In this document: positions 35,001 to 48,000 of the stretch, piece by piece | Layout: each line of letters starts with the position of its first letter | Position numbering within the stretch: the first letter of the stretch is position 1 | Position numbers and translations under genes: made by a program | DNA from: Tubulanus polymorphus | Lineage: Eukaryota; Animalia; Nemertea | DNA length: 64,000 nt | Assembly (NCBI RefSeq): GCF_964204645.1 | Contig: NC_134028.1 | Coordinates: 868,001 to 932,000 of the forward strand | Reading direction: 5' to 3' | Notes under the pieces: generated by a model | What the model was told of the DNA's origin: nothing | The model's input: the letters and a program-made list of their open reading frames with translations, nothing else | Databases searched by the model: none

Positions 35001-38000
35001 ACCAGGTAGCGCTGGTGTTTCCTCAGCACCGGTCACGTCCAGTTCGCTCATCTGCGTCTCTAACGACGACATACTATCGACTACACTTTGTAATAAGTGA
35101 AGTTGTTCATCCATCCCGGCAACTTTCTCGTTCAGGTTCGATAATTCATCGGACGTCGATTCCATTTTATTGATTCGTTCTTTCAAGGCGTTTAATTCAG
35201 TTGTATCTAATTCATGTACGACCTCCTTGATAACGACCTCTTTCACTTTAACCTCACCCTCAGATTGAACCGGTTTGATTAATCTCACTGGTTCTATCTC
35301 CGCGGCTACTGCAGCAGCAGCTGGTACCGGTTTTATTTCTTTAGACGACGGTCTCGATACGGGTTTCACCTCAGCCACGGGCACGCGTTCAGATGGCGCT
35401 ACCGGTGGTGGTGGTGGTGGTGGTGTGATGGGCTAATGTAAGGTGTTAGAGAAGAGAGATGAGGAAAATGAAAAGGATAGCTTTTGAATATTTGTTAGAT
35501 GAAAATAGTGATAATGAAAAGGGATTTTGAATAAGTAAATGATATGAATCAAGGCCTATTTGCTGAGGTTTGTCAGCATTGATATAACATTTAGTTGTCC
35601 TCGGTACAGTACTTACCCTATCACGACTCTTTAATAGTGAATCAACATCTTCTTGTATTTGTTTCAATTGAGCTAAAAGATCATCAGGTACACCTAAAAT
35701 ATACATAAACAAACATAGAAATCATGACCCGGGTCAATAGAAGTTCAAGTTGTGAATGAACAGTAAAAAAACTTACTCAATCCTTCCAGATCTTCCTTAT
35801 CAGCTTTCTTCTTCAGTTCTTCCTGTAAAAATTCATCAAATATTTTTTAATGTCTCAGATTTATTTCATTAGATAGAATTTAAAAAAGAGAAAGGTTGAA
35901 AAGTCTCTCCCTCTCTCCACTTTCTATCACTCACCTCGACGTTATCAACACGAACTTCTAAACTGTCGTGTTTAACCGATAAAACTCCTAGTTTTTCAAG
36001 CATTGCCTGCAGCTCTCTTGATGGTTTACTTGAAGGTGGCCTCACCTATAAACATAATTACCAAAATATTAGAATTCCTACTGAAATCAACTTGTTGCAA
36101 ATCAGTTCAATGAGCTTTGTTGAATGATTAGTTCATTTAGATATAAATACGTATTGATCCAATCGGGTTAATTTCCAATATTTCAAGAGTTTATAATAAA
36201 AATCTATAATGCTAATGAATGATAATTGCACAGAACTCACGGAGCTTAAATACAGTCAATTATTTGATAGAAAAAAGCTTAATATCAGATACCGGGTTTA
36301 ATATAAGTCATTGTTTTATTGAAAAACAGGAAATATTATTGCAAATAAGCGGATAAAGAAATATAAATTCCGTGATTAAGAATGAAAACTGTTTTTTATT
36401 GGCTTCACTCAGGCAAAAATCATACGTAGACTCAAAATTTCCCTTGGGAATGGTAAACATCAACCCTTCTTTCACTGCACCCCTGGGGGAGGAGAGAGCA
36501 TCAAAATTACCAGTATTGCTGGTCACACGCTTCTGAATTACCATGTACATGTAAGAAACATATATACATAATTCTTATATGAAGATTTGACAGTTTGATA
36601 TCCCTGAGGCTGGGTTTATACACAATATAAGTATTTCAGCTCACTACCATGGTAACATGGTATAGTAGGTGAAAATGATACTTTTAAATAATGTCTTTGA
36701 TTTGTTTCAAACTGCGAAATTAAGCTTGTACTGAATCCAGTTACACGGTTCAGGATCCAGACTCAGAATTCTGAATCCAGGTCCACAGTGTAACTGGATC
36801 CTGACTCAGTGGATGAACTGGTGACTGCACCGAATTAAGGGTTAATAATTCAATAATCAAACATCATCATAGAATGAATGAATAATCAAAATGCATAAAC
36901 AACTAATAAACAAATCATCAATAATTAATGAATAGATGGTGATTAATATAGATTATATTGTGGTGGTTTTAAACTCACGTTTTCATACGATCGTGCCACA
37001 TGAACCGCTGACGAGGAGGATGAGGATGTTGTGTTAGAGGTGGATGATGATTTCTGTATGAAACCAGTATCAATAACACCAGACACACACAGAGATAGGA
37101 GACAGAGAGTTAGTGTCAGTTAAAACAGTTAATTAAAACATAAACATTTAGATCCAGTTCCACTATTGTCAGTTGACAAACTAACTATGAAACTGGGGTT
37201 CTGAAAAGTTATTGGTATTAACAGGAAGATACTGATACGTAATACTCTTCTGGTTTAAGGATTCTTGTAAGCTGTAATATGAATCATTACTCGACAATAA
37301 TGAAAAACTATTTTATTCATGAGTTGTAGGTAGGCCTACAACAGGCAGTGTAAGGAGTCTCTCTCGTGTCTAATGGCTTTCACTTAAAATCTTAACAACT
37401 ACATGAAAGAAACCACCCTGTAATCAAATCAAAAGAAAGAATCTTTGAAGTACTTTTAAATTAATTTCTTTATTTCCTATACTGGTTGTTAGGTTAAATA
37501 TTCTACCAGTAAACACATACTGTAGAAGTGACACCTGCGTGAAAACACCTGACTCAACGCAGAAATTTATAGTTTTCCATTTATTTCAAATACGGTTGAA
37601 ATAGAAATGTCATAGCGTAAAGCGTCGTGTGTGTTTATGTGAAAAGTGAAATGGTTTTACAAGATTGAAAGCTGTTTCTTGAATAAATAAAAGAAAAAAT
37701 CCTGTATTCTATGCGTGTATACAGGTATGAGTCTAGTGGGGGTGATATTGATAATAGACGCTTCTTTATGACTCGTCGTCACAGAGCGTTGAAAACACAA
37801 CAGTCAAAAACAGAAATTATCAGAGTAGTTACTAGGACAAACACCTCACTGTTAATAGAATTCCAGTCACACCTATAGGCTACTGACGTCACTTATATGT
37901 CAAACTATTGTTTTAACTTTCCTATCCAAATTGAACAATAGTCTCATGAAATAATAGAAATTTCATCGCTGTTTTTGCCCAATAAGAAAGAAACCAATCC

Positions 38001-41000
38001 TGAAATATTTTCTGGTTGATCTGAAAATAGTTTCCAGACATAAATCAGGAGTAAGGATAGGGTTAGGAGTGAGTGGGTCCTGATTGCAGGCTTACAACAG
38101 AGATTAGAAATTAATGGGAATTTACTTTGTGTGTATTAAACAAAAAAAACGTAATTATCTCATAGTAAATTCAGAGAATGTAAAACGTGCTCGGTGTTGA
38201 AGAATTCATTCATACATTAAATCATAGACCATGAAGTGAAACCATTCAATAGTGTTTTTAGCCTGTGAATGTTTAAGTACAGCTATCATGTATAGAAACA
38301 TAAGCAAATAAATTCTTAAATCCTCCTTTTTCATATTTCAAGAAATATTCAACCTTAAGTCAAATTAAACGGCAGATTACACAGCAGATTATCAATAGAG
38401 TCACAGCCCTTGATCCTTGTCTAACTGTCGCAGGTTTTTAATATTTATAGCAATCTCAAAATAACAATCTAAGAATGGAGAACTTGAACTCTCTGGAAAT
38501 TGTAGTTACTTTTATGTGTTGACATGTTTATTTATAATACATTCATCTTTGAGATCAGCAAAGATACAACATGATCCATTGTAACTGGTGCTGGTGAGTT
38601 TTGATTTCATGCTGTGATATTTCCACGTTTCGAGAGGATGAAATCCAACTGATTTGGATGGCATTTTATCGATAATGATGATTTTATGCTCCTTAAACCA
38701 GAAGAAGTATCTACATGCTCCATGTTAGATATTTATGTTAAGAGTTTGAACAGTCTATTAGTAGAAATCTTCTATATAACTCTAGTTCGGGTGCCAATCA
38801 TAAAGTATGTTTGTAAATAAGGGATGGTACATGGTACATTTTAACAATAAGAAAAGGGGGTAACTTTATGATTGGTCCCTCATTAGTTGTTAGGTAGAAG
38901 TATCTATAACTTACAGGATCTGTTTGCATGGACATTTCTATAACAACACGTTCAGGTGGTTTTAAATCTTCTCGGACGCCCTTTAAAGCATCCTCTAGTC
39001 CTTTCCACGTAACAAATCCTTCATAGAAATCTGGTCCGGGTAGTTGAGTGAACTTATCATTCAATTCATTCTGAAATAAGAAATAAATAGTTGAAATCAT
39101 CAAAGCTTAATGAATACAGTGAAACTTATAGACATGTGGCTATCGATGTCAAATTAGCAAAATAGCTTATTGTAAAATTTTCCTTGAAATGAAGCTTTAA
39201 AAAATATATGTGAAATTCGAACGTTGTGATGAAGCTGATAATCAAAATGACAACTTAAACTTAATTGAATTGGAAATTCAAATTGCGAATCAGGAATAGA
39301 GATGAGTTCATATGATATGATGATTTATACAAGTACAATAAATCAAGTTTGACTGTGGGTTTTTTCAGTTAGTAAACCTTGATGAGGGGCTAGGGTTAGG
39401 GTTCTGTTGATACTATATTGTAGTCTATAAGACTTTATGATGTAAATGAAGTAGTGTATGTAAAACTATATTGAAGTGTTCTCAATTAACATATAATACA
39501 TTATCGCAGTATAAACTGTAGCTCAGTCAGTTTCAGTATCGGTTTTCCGACATCAGAGCGACCTGTCACATGTTATAGTACAATACGTACAGTTAATTGT
39601 CATTACGTCTCAGTAAGTAATTAATATTCAACACTAATCGACCCCCACTAGTGAGAAACATATCAAACATTCCCAGACACAAATTGATTTCCAATCACCG
39701 GTGAATCATATAATCAGTAAATAGTGACCCACGTCAACTAGATATTACAACTCTTACAGTTTTACCCTTAAGTGTTGGTTATAGATCTAATCACCGTCCA
39801 GTTTTACCAACAGTTTAATTTTTACTCATAAAGTTTAAACTCATGAATCGTTAAATATCATTGTGCTGCTATGAATGCTACCAAAAATGCATCATCTTTA
39901 TGTATTTTTGATGCTACAGATCTGGGTTAAATATTGGCTAGTATACTCGAAAAATTCACCACAAGGTTTTACAAAGTCTATGACAATTGGTAAATCTTTG
40001 GACTCAAAAAACTATTGTCTTATTTAATGTTAAAATTGAGAACGAAATATGTTCAAACTGGTCGTTCGAGCAAATGAGTTACGTAGTTCATTTTAATATT
40101 TAGGACTTATCACAGCAGGGAGGGATCTCACTCAACATTTAATTCTAAAAGTTGTTAAGTCCAACATTGAATGACAGAGTGATTATTGACAGTTTAATTA
40201 TACATAGCACTCTATACGAGAGAGTAATGCAGTTAGATTGAATAGAATTTTTTGATGGCCATTTTATTGAATGTAAATACTTATACACATGCCGCAGTAT
40301 ACCTCACTCGACATGTAGTGCATCATTGAAATATCAATTGAGATTTGATTCTCAGTCAGAGAAAAGAACAACATCTCGGTAATTACAGCAGTTCTACTTC
40401 AATGTAACAGTTCTGCAGGCAATGTAACAATTCTGAATGACTTAAAATTAAAGCATAAGAATAACTATGATTTTCTATTAGGCCTACATCATCAGAGTTT
40501 AATTGACAACATAAATTAGCAGGAAATGCAATAGAACTGTACAATGTACTATTACTCAGCTGTGGGGGGGGGGGGGGAGTGTAAGCTTTCTTAGAATTTA
40601 CCATTAAGTTATTTATTGGTTGGGCTGTTTGACGCAATGTTATTGAAACAAATCATTGAAGTCTAAACTATTAGATCATTAACGATAATTATGAGGAATT
40701 GAATTTATTTCATTGCATGAAATACTTCGAACGACTTACAGTGAGATCCTCGAGTTTCTTTAGTTTATCTTTCAGATCAGAAACATTCAACTGAAAGAAT
40801 ATAAAACACAAGAATACAGGGATACAGTGTGAATAGAGCTGATAAACTGTCAATCAATCATTGAATCAGTTAATAAGCCACGCCTCTTACCTCATCGATT
40901 AATTTCTTGATCGAATCATTGTCATTTCGTAACTTTTGCATTTCATTTAATAAATCCTGAACCATCGACATTAACTAAAAAACAATATAAATCACTAAAT

Positions 41001-41790
41001 AAATACTGAAATACTGTTAGAGTTGAGTTGCTTTGAATTATCAGAAAGGGGTAGGCTACATAAAGGTGCTTGTAACAGGAAATCATGCGGGGTTTGTTTC
41101 ATAGTCGAGACTTAAGTCTAAAAAGTCTTAAATCTTATGACTGGTCTTAAGTTGTTAGATTAGCTTGAGAAATACGTAGGATGGTTTTGAGCTGGTCTTT
41201 AGTCTGAGCCATGGCAATGAAACAGACTCCAGTAATTCAGATGACTATAGCTGGGTTTATATAGGAGAGATGAAACTGACCTTCCCAACTCCAGCTTCAT
41301 TAGCATCAACTCGTTTAGTGATCTGCATTGTTTGCCACATATCAGACACGGCTCTCGTGTTCGGGGTTTCCTTCGATCTGTCGAATAATTCCGTGTTACT
41401 CGGCAACCGATTCAACTCGTCTAATTGTTGTTCGATTTTTGAAACCTTCGATTCTAACGCGTGATAATGCGATTTTTTCTTCGGTAGGATTTCATTTCGC
41501 GTTTGATCCCTACTCGCCGCTGGTGACTCCTGTTCTACGTCGGTCTCTTCCAGTCCGCTGTCCTTCGTGTAGGCACTACCGCCGCGCGACGCCAGATCAC
41601 TCTGATCTGGTCTCGGTGTTTTCAGAGTCTCTTCATCCTCCTCTGTTAGTTCAGCTTTAGCCTCAGATATTCCTAGTTTAGATATAACAGCGTGAAGCAG
41701 TGTATGCAACACGTTAAAATTCACAGATCCGACTTCAGGCGTCCCTAGCGCCAGATCAACCATCTCACTGAGTTGTACGGCCGACGGCAT
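25794..41790 (-). CDS. QRICH2/C16orf96-family (DUF4795) coiled-coil protein, ~25 exons, up to ~1230 aa
   Basis: Exons 41790-41281, 40974-40891, 40790-40740, 39070-38915, 37053-36979, 36045-35935, 35822-35777, 35693-35617, 35432-34587, 34343-34323, 34194-34171, 33221-32937, 31448-31326, 31038-30964, 30883-30773, 30472-30294, 29949-29887, 29805-29704, 29503-29480, 28867-28694, 28496-28386, 28120-28073, 27989-27908, 27529-27485 and 26063-25794; phases are consistent. Motifs: N-terminal LSEMVDLALGTPEVGSVNFNVLHTLLH; C-terminal KADK repeats, DDAAGIRK, HCISCDRP, RPYTTFELEQIRQ, RPCGGSHTMTYP and DIQGADGHIYKGR. Some small exons may be optional. Confidence 0.85.
26124..26208 (+). repeat. 28-bp minisatellite, 3 copies
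   Basis: CTGTGACCTCGCTATGACCCCTGACCCC. Confidence 0.85.
27236..27353. mobile_element. MITE copy (same family as 195-316)
   Basis: CCAGTTGCAAAGTC...GACTCTGCAACTGG with internal TTAAGACTGGTCTT. Confidence 0.7.
28386..28496 (-). CDS. QRICH2-like exon with the RPCGGSHT motif
   Basis: YSTARPCGGSHTMTYPHKR. Confidence 0.9.
30294..30472 (-). CDS. QRICH2/C16orf96-like DUF4795 exon
   Basis: EEWKQAIAELSKEIDNKIDRLELDALKDYLE..DDAAGIRK. Confidence 0.9.
32565..32830 (+). repeat. Diverged copy of the telomere-palindrome repeat family
   Basis: GGAATGGACTAACCCTAGGGTTAGGGTTAAATCATAATC, 2-3 units. Confidence 0.85.
32937..33221 (-). CDS. Acidic 95-codon exon of the QRICH2-like gene (absent from the ORF track)
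   Basis: TTTTAG|GFNNFHENEDRPSRRESDH..DDDDESFAKDEKE..ATAATAV|GTAAGA, phase 0-0. Confidence 0.7.
33600..33852 (+). repeat. 21-bp minisatellite, ~12 copies
   Basis: CTACAATAGTCTACTGATGAT. Confidence 0.95.
34587..35432 (-). CDS. QRICH2/C16orf96-like large central exon (Pro/Ala/Glu-rich, coiled coil)
   Basis: 846-nt open exon between TAG and GTCAGT. Confidence 0.85.
38915..39070 (-). CDS. QRICH2/C16orf96-like exon
   Basis: NELNDKF..FVTWKGLEDAL..QTDP; TTTCAG and GTAAGT flanks. Confidence 0.85.
41089..41232. mobile_element. MITE copy in QRICH2-like intron 1
   Basis: GGGGTTTGTTTCAT / ATGAAACAGACTCC ends with internal GACTGGTCTTAAG. Confidence 0.6.
41281..41790 (-). CDS. QRICH2/C16orf96-like exon 1
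   Basis: ATG at 41790; DLALGTPEVGSVNF; VSDMWQTMQITKRVDANEAGVGK; donor GTCAGT. Confidence 0.9.
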
Positions 41791-42544
41791 CGTTCAGTTT
41801 TAACAGTTCTTACTAATTAATCTCAATTACAGCATCTCTAATCAACGGTAGAGCAGCAGTGAGAGCGGTGAGAACGGTCTTACTTTACTTCCTGGTTCTT
41901 TCCCGTCCCGGTGTGTTTACATTACAGGCGATTTACTACGAGCTGTCAAACTCGATCACAATTACATCAACAAACCAAGCTTAATTTCATCATCTCTACA
42001 ATCTTTATTTATTTGATGATGTATTTCTAAAAGATTTCAGTTGTTTCCTTTTGAAACGGTAGTTTATAAATACTATTTCAGCGACATAGCACGTAGAACT
42101 ATATTTTTAGCGGATGTACTCAAACCTATCACTCGTAGCAACGACGATGCCGGTGTTTCCCAGCATGACGTCATTATCACTACGGCGGGTGTCACCGACC
42201 GGTGTCACAAATCTGCAAGTGAGTTCGAATCCCGCTTTAAATTGCAGAATTTTGACGCTCGTCCCAAATAGCCGATGTTCGGATCTCACTATTCCAGCTA
42301 CATTAGAAAAGTGGTTCAAATCTTCAAGAACCTAAAAATCGGACTCGGGAAATGAAAATATCAATCCTGAAGAAAAAGTTTCTAAAATGACTTCAACTTT
42401 CTTGTCTAACAGTTGTTTCTCCGTTTCCACGAATGGGTGACTCTAACTCTTTGCTCTATGTAACACATCACGGGCTTCGGTCTAGTAACGATGCATTTGA
42501 AATTAACCACTGCCATTGTTACAATCTTTTTGTAACTGAATACA
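41791..42544. promoter_or_regulatory. Probable bidirectional promoter
   Basis: 754 bp between divergent start codons, CpG-enriched, with a CRE palindrome TGACGTCA at 42166-42173. Confidence 0.6.
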
Positions 42545-44334
42545 ATGGCGCCTTCAAGACAAAATCATTTATCGCGCTCTTTATCTTCGGTTTCACGACA
42601 AATCAGAGATGCGTTCACTTCATGCTTCGGGCGAAGTTATTTCCACAGCCGACGAATTGTTTCAGAACCACCAACGAATAGACGCCGTAAACAGCGCGTG
42701 AACCAAGATGATGTCCCAGTACTCGCTACATGGAGCGATCCTGGAGTTAACATCGGCGGGAAGAGAACAGGTAGAATGAACAGGACTGGTGATAGAAATA
42801 CACCGAGAAAGATTCTGTCACAAGAGAGTCATCACGCTGGTGTCATCCGACCTCCGAAATCAAAAGCAAGGTCACACGAAGCCACATCATTAGAACTTTA
42901 TTCAACAGATAGTCAGAAGAACGACCAAGCTAAGATTAATTTTCTTGAAAACAGAAATAAATTTTCTGATCGAGCTCCACTTGATCAACCGTTGAAACCT
43001 CTACGAATAAACCCGTTAATAAAGACGTGTAATGAGGTTTGCGCACCTCACGGCTTCTCTTGGACTCTAATCGCTGCTTCCAACGTCTGCCACGACACTT
43101 CCGGTAATCTCCTACCGAAACGGCTGAACAAGTTGGACATCGAGGAGGAACGAAAACGACTGTCGCAGAAATTGAAGTCGAAAGAAATTCAAGCGAATGA
43201 AAGACGCTCGAAGTTTCTGTTAGATCGACAGATAAGACTCAGGGAGCGAGAACAACACCGTAAACTGGTAAATAGCTCTGTTGTAAGTCTTGGTCAGAAT
43301 TCATCGTCAGTTTTGATAGATACGTGCGCGATTTCACACTGGGTTAATTCTAAAAAATAACGAAAAAGAACCCGGCTTTTTGTATCATGCTTCACAGATA
43401 ATTTGTCATACCGTTAACAAAACAACACATTCAATAAGCTATAGACATTGACCAGAAAGGAAAAAACTTTGTAATGATTTCATAGCACTAACATTATTTC
43501 ATTTTCGAAACACCTCTAATTTGTGTTCGATTCAAACCCGTCAATGTAAAATTCTTTCAAAATCTGTTAGTTTAACTTTTTTTATCAGGATGTTGAAGCA
43601 AAGATTAAAGAAATGCAATTGAAACACGAAGGTAAAATAAAGAAACAACAGGAACGCGAGACAAGAGCAGAAGAGAATCGAGAAGAGTTTATTCGACAAC
43701 GGCGAAAACATGACAGAAGATTGAATACCAGTGATAGTCAGGTATCAGTGAAATACCTGCTTCCGGCCGCAGTTCTGAAATTGTGTAGAGTGCAAATCTC
43801 TGACACGAACCTCTCATTTCAGAATCTTCCTTATTGTGAATCCAAACAAATTGTGTTGCATGTTCTCGTCTACACTGGAAACCTCTGTGACATGGACCTC
43901 TTTTTAATGTTTACAGGGAACCAACGAATACGATGCAATTTGGTTTGATGCAACAAGTATAGAAAGTAACGAAGAACACAGACAGGTTGGTAAGCACAAC
44001 ACTTTTAGAGAATGAGTTGAGTCAGGTTGAGTCAGATTACTGAAATATAGCTGATCCTATAAAATAGACTGGCTCAAATGTATGTTCTGTTATTCAGGAC
44101 AAGGCAAAGGAGGAGAGAGAGACGAAAGAGGAGAGAGAGGAGGTGGAGATGATAGATCGTCTAATTAAAGAAATGCAGGAGAATGATGAAATTGATATTC
44201 TAGCTGTAAAATCAACAGGAGATGACGGTGATCACCACACAGTAAACCACAGCGCAACGAAGCGTCGAACTGCTGTCGATATCGATGTGGATAATTTACT
44301 CGCTGAATTAGATCGAAATTCTGTTTGTTTCTAA
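42545..44334 (+). CDS. Uncharacterised ~393-aa protein with a stathmin-like/coiled-coil region, 4 exons
   Basis: Exons 42545-43267, 43589-43741, 43917-43985 and 44098-44334, all phase 0 and GT-AG. AATAAA follows at ~44747. Confidence 0.75.
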
Positions 44335-44904
44335 ATAACGTTAACCCGTATTTATAGTATCTGTTAATTTTGCGTTTAATTAAAATTCAAGTGACACCGA
44401 TTTGAATGGTTTGACACGGCCGTACTGAGTTGATACCGCGGCACTGAGTAAGCAGTAGTCGTACTGCAGTACCGTCGTACGTGGGATCATTTTTTGCCTA
44501 CCCGCCCGTAACGCTGTATTCCCACGACCATGTCAGAAGTCACCCCGTCGTGGTCGGGTAGAATCTATCGAGCTAATTCCAGACGGTAAAGCCGTATGTC
44601 GTACTAGGGGAGCTTCCTTGTGTTTTAACCCCTGCTATTTACTATTATATAGTTTGTTTGCGTTTTTCACGGTTTATCGACGATTCGTTGAATTTGTCTA
44701 TATTTATTTTTTGTTTATTGTATCTTTGTTAATGTGTAAGTTATAGAATAAATAGTCATTATCCATTTGTTAGAGAGAGAGAGAGTTTTATGTTCGAGTT
44801 TACTTTCTGAATTCTATCTCTATTGGGATTGTTCAATCCCCGACAAAATGATTCCAGCGACTTGAAATTCTAAGAGGATTCTGCTTTCACAAACCTTCAG
44901 TGCT

Positions 44905-45004
44905 GCCCCTAAATAAATCATTAGCGGGGAATATGGGAACTAACTTAGTAATCGTACTAATATGTTAGTTCCTATATTCCCCGCTAATGGTTTATTTAGG
45001 GGGC
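44905..45004. repeat. Near-perfect ~100-bp inverted repeat (hairpin or MITE)
   Basis: CCCCTAAATAAATCATTAGCGGGGAATATGGGAACTAAC / GTTAGTTCCTATATTCCCCGCTAATGGTTTATTTAGGGG. Confidence 0.9.
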
Positions 45005-48000
45005 AAAACTTGACGGTCAACACCTCATACAGTTAGACTACGTCATGCGAGTAATCATCTGTTAGCGGTTAAGTGTCCCCGGGTTCGAGTCCCTTAGTAG
45101 GATCAATTCATTTTTTCTTTTCTGAGCCTTCTTATTTTGTGTAGATATGTCTTTCCTTCCTTGTTTAGAAATGTATTTTTGGAATATGGAACTGTCAGGA
45201 AGTTTGTAGAATTTTCGATGACTTTCGGAAGTGATCCCAGAATTACTGGCGCTCCATCAAGAGGCCAATAATAACAGAACAATGGCACTCATTCGTGCGC
45301 GCGTGCGCACTGAATTGTGATATTTCCAAGCGTTAAATTACCGGACACACCCTTCCCTCCCCTCGCTAACAGTTTCTAAACCTCGTTGAGAATCCTGGAG
45401 CCAGTGAGACTTCAATAATACAAAACATTTAGATGTCATTAGTATTCAACTAAAATTAAGTTTGACCTTTGAACTTCAAAATAATTTCAAAATATGATCT
45501 TGAATCATCAAATCCTTTACTCATTAGTGTCTCTTTGTGTTTGATTTTATCGATTTATCGCTCGTAAACAGAATTTTCTGTAAGATATGAGAATCAATTA
45601 GAACCAGTGCTCGATCATGTGTCTATCCTCGATTGTGGTCACAGATCTGTCGCTACAAATTTATTACCGTTTGCATCTTTTTACACAAAACACGCGTCAT
45701 GACTTAGAAAAACAACAATCAGTTATCATTGAATTTGATTTCTATACGAAATTCACGTAAAAGGCGATTGCTTCCAGCGTGGGTTGCCGGGTAGCCCTTC
45801 TCTTTTTACATAAGTCACGTTCTCTCTGTGGGTGACACTCTATACCGACCTGGGTGGTACTCGGCTACACTGTAGGTTACCGTCAACCGACGACTAATTC
45901 ATCCTTTTGTATTTTGTTCTCGGGTTCCAAATCCCGCTAATATCCACAACGACTTATTGAAAAACACATAAAAGACACAATTTCTAATGTCATCATCAAA
46001 GTCATTTGATGATTTCTTCACGACCCGAATTTCCGTTAGATGTTTCTCTCAAGGATTCAGAGAGTTAGCGCGTTCAGTCGTTGTGTGTTCCGACCCTTTA
46101 TACGGACGGATTCTCAATACGTAACGGGGTGAAATAGCGTTACCCAAACTGACAATAACTAAGTCAATATAGGATTAGTTATACGGTATATTGAATGCGC
46201 GTCTCTGTTTGGTTCGCGCATCTTCTTATGTGGTTTGATTTAGATTCGAGCCCACTCACTCACACGAAGATGAATTAAAGTCAATTTACACTTTATAATA
46301 ATTGTGTAATGTTTTATATCACTGAGTGTCACCAGCTCCGGGCTCCGAGGTAACGTCCCACTTCAACACACCGCATTGAAAAAAACCTTCTTTTCTTGAT
46401 TATCAAAACCCTAAAAATTCTAGATATAGAAAAAAAATCCCACACACTAAGAACGAAAAATCGGGTCTGAAATGGTTCCTTCTTTAGCTAGTAGTTTATC
46501 CAAAACATCGCGAAATATCCTAATAGTCATCTCCAAGAATACTGAATATCACACACATATGAAATATCACGTATATCAAACACGCGGGCTCAGAGTGTTT
46601 TATCAATGGTTAACTTAATTTATTGTATTTATTCTTTTTGAATTAACATAACTTTTAATTGCCACCAAATCGATATGTCTTGTAAACCTACGTAAGAAAC
46701 AATGAAGAGAATTGAATTTAACATCAACATTTAAAATCAATCTCATTTATTTTTTTAAAGTACGCCGAGATAGTGAGAACATGTGAAAATGGAGTCCTTC
46801 CCCAGACTTTACTCCAAGGATGAAGACTTAGTCAAGCCTCGCGTTTAACTGGACTATATACGTATTGGATATCAAAAACGTAGGAATCATTTCTAAAAGG
46901 AAGAATATGAAAGTGAGAAAAGGTCTGGTATTCCGTACACACGGAGGAACTTAGTAGTAACGCGCAATTAATATCCAGATAGGAGTCTAACTGTTCCGCT
47001 AAATTAGTGAATGTGAAGTTGTCGCTGTCACGCATGGGAACAACGTGTATTCTACTCTATACGTGAAACATACTTAAAATAAAATTGCTTTTTCCTGTTT
47101 TTGGAAGTTCTTTCATTCATTGTAAACAAACATCGTTTTTACCCGGCGCGTCTTTTCAATCTCAGCGGGGACGGGAAGAAAAGGGAGAGGGAGAAAGACG
47201 TCTCTCAAGTAGGATTACCATCGACACACTAACGAGGACTTCCAGCGGTCACCCGAGGAGTAGCCAATCAAATACGACCCGTCGTCGAATCGCTGAGAAA
47301 AATCTTACAACTTCACAATCGAATAAAGAAAGTTGATATAAATTAGTTCTCGATTATTGTACGGTGAAGTGGCTACTCTCCTGTCACTTAGGGATTAATC
47401 AAAACTTCTATCTGAATATAATAAGTTAAATTTGACTTGTGGTTGGCCTCCCGAGGAGCTGGTTATATATCTACAGAAAATATTTCATTCAAGAAAGTGT
47501 TGAAGTTTTTGGATGTGGTAGTTGAATACCGAGTGGTTTCGACAATAGTTCCCGGGCGTGTAGCCCGACAGTGGGGATCACTTATACGACAATTCAACGA
47601 TTGCGCATCCTTTGTCTTATCATGCCGTGAAAGTATACAGAAGGATTTCTCAAAATTCAACCGATTAGAAAGCGTTGGCGCCAGATGTGAAACGTTCGTC
47701 TAGACTGGTCGTCTCGAGCTCCGGTTCAACCATAAAAAGGCGCGCTCCATTTAAGACTGGAGATCGGACGGTATTCATTCGTCGAAGCGAGTGAGTGACG
47801 AAAGCGCTTTCTTCCCCTCCCCCTATCGTCGTAAAAACTATACATTATCAACTCTCGATAGATTAAGATAAAGATCTCCGACCGCAAAAGGTGATACGCG
47901 ACACACCAGACGATTGATACATAGATCATATGGACCGATATGATGGTGAGTTTTTATTAGATACAACTTTTAGATAGCAATCTCTCATCGGTGATGATAA

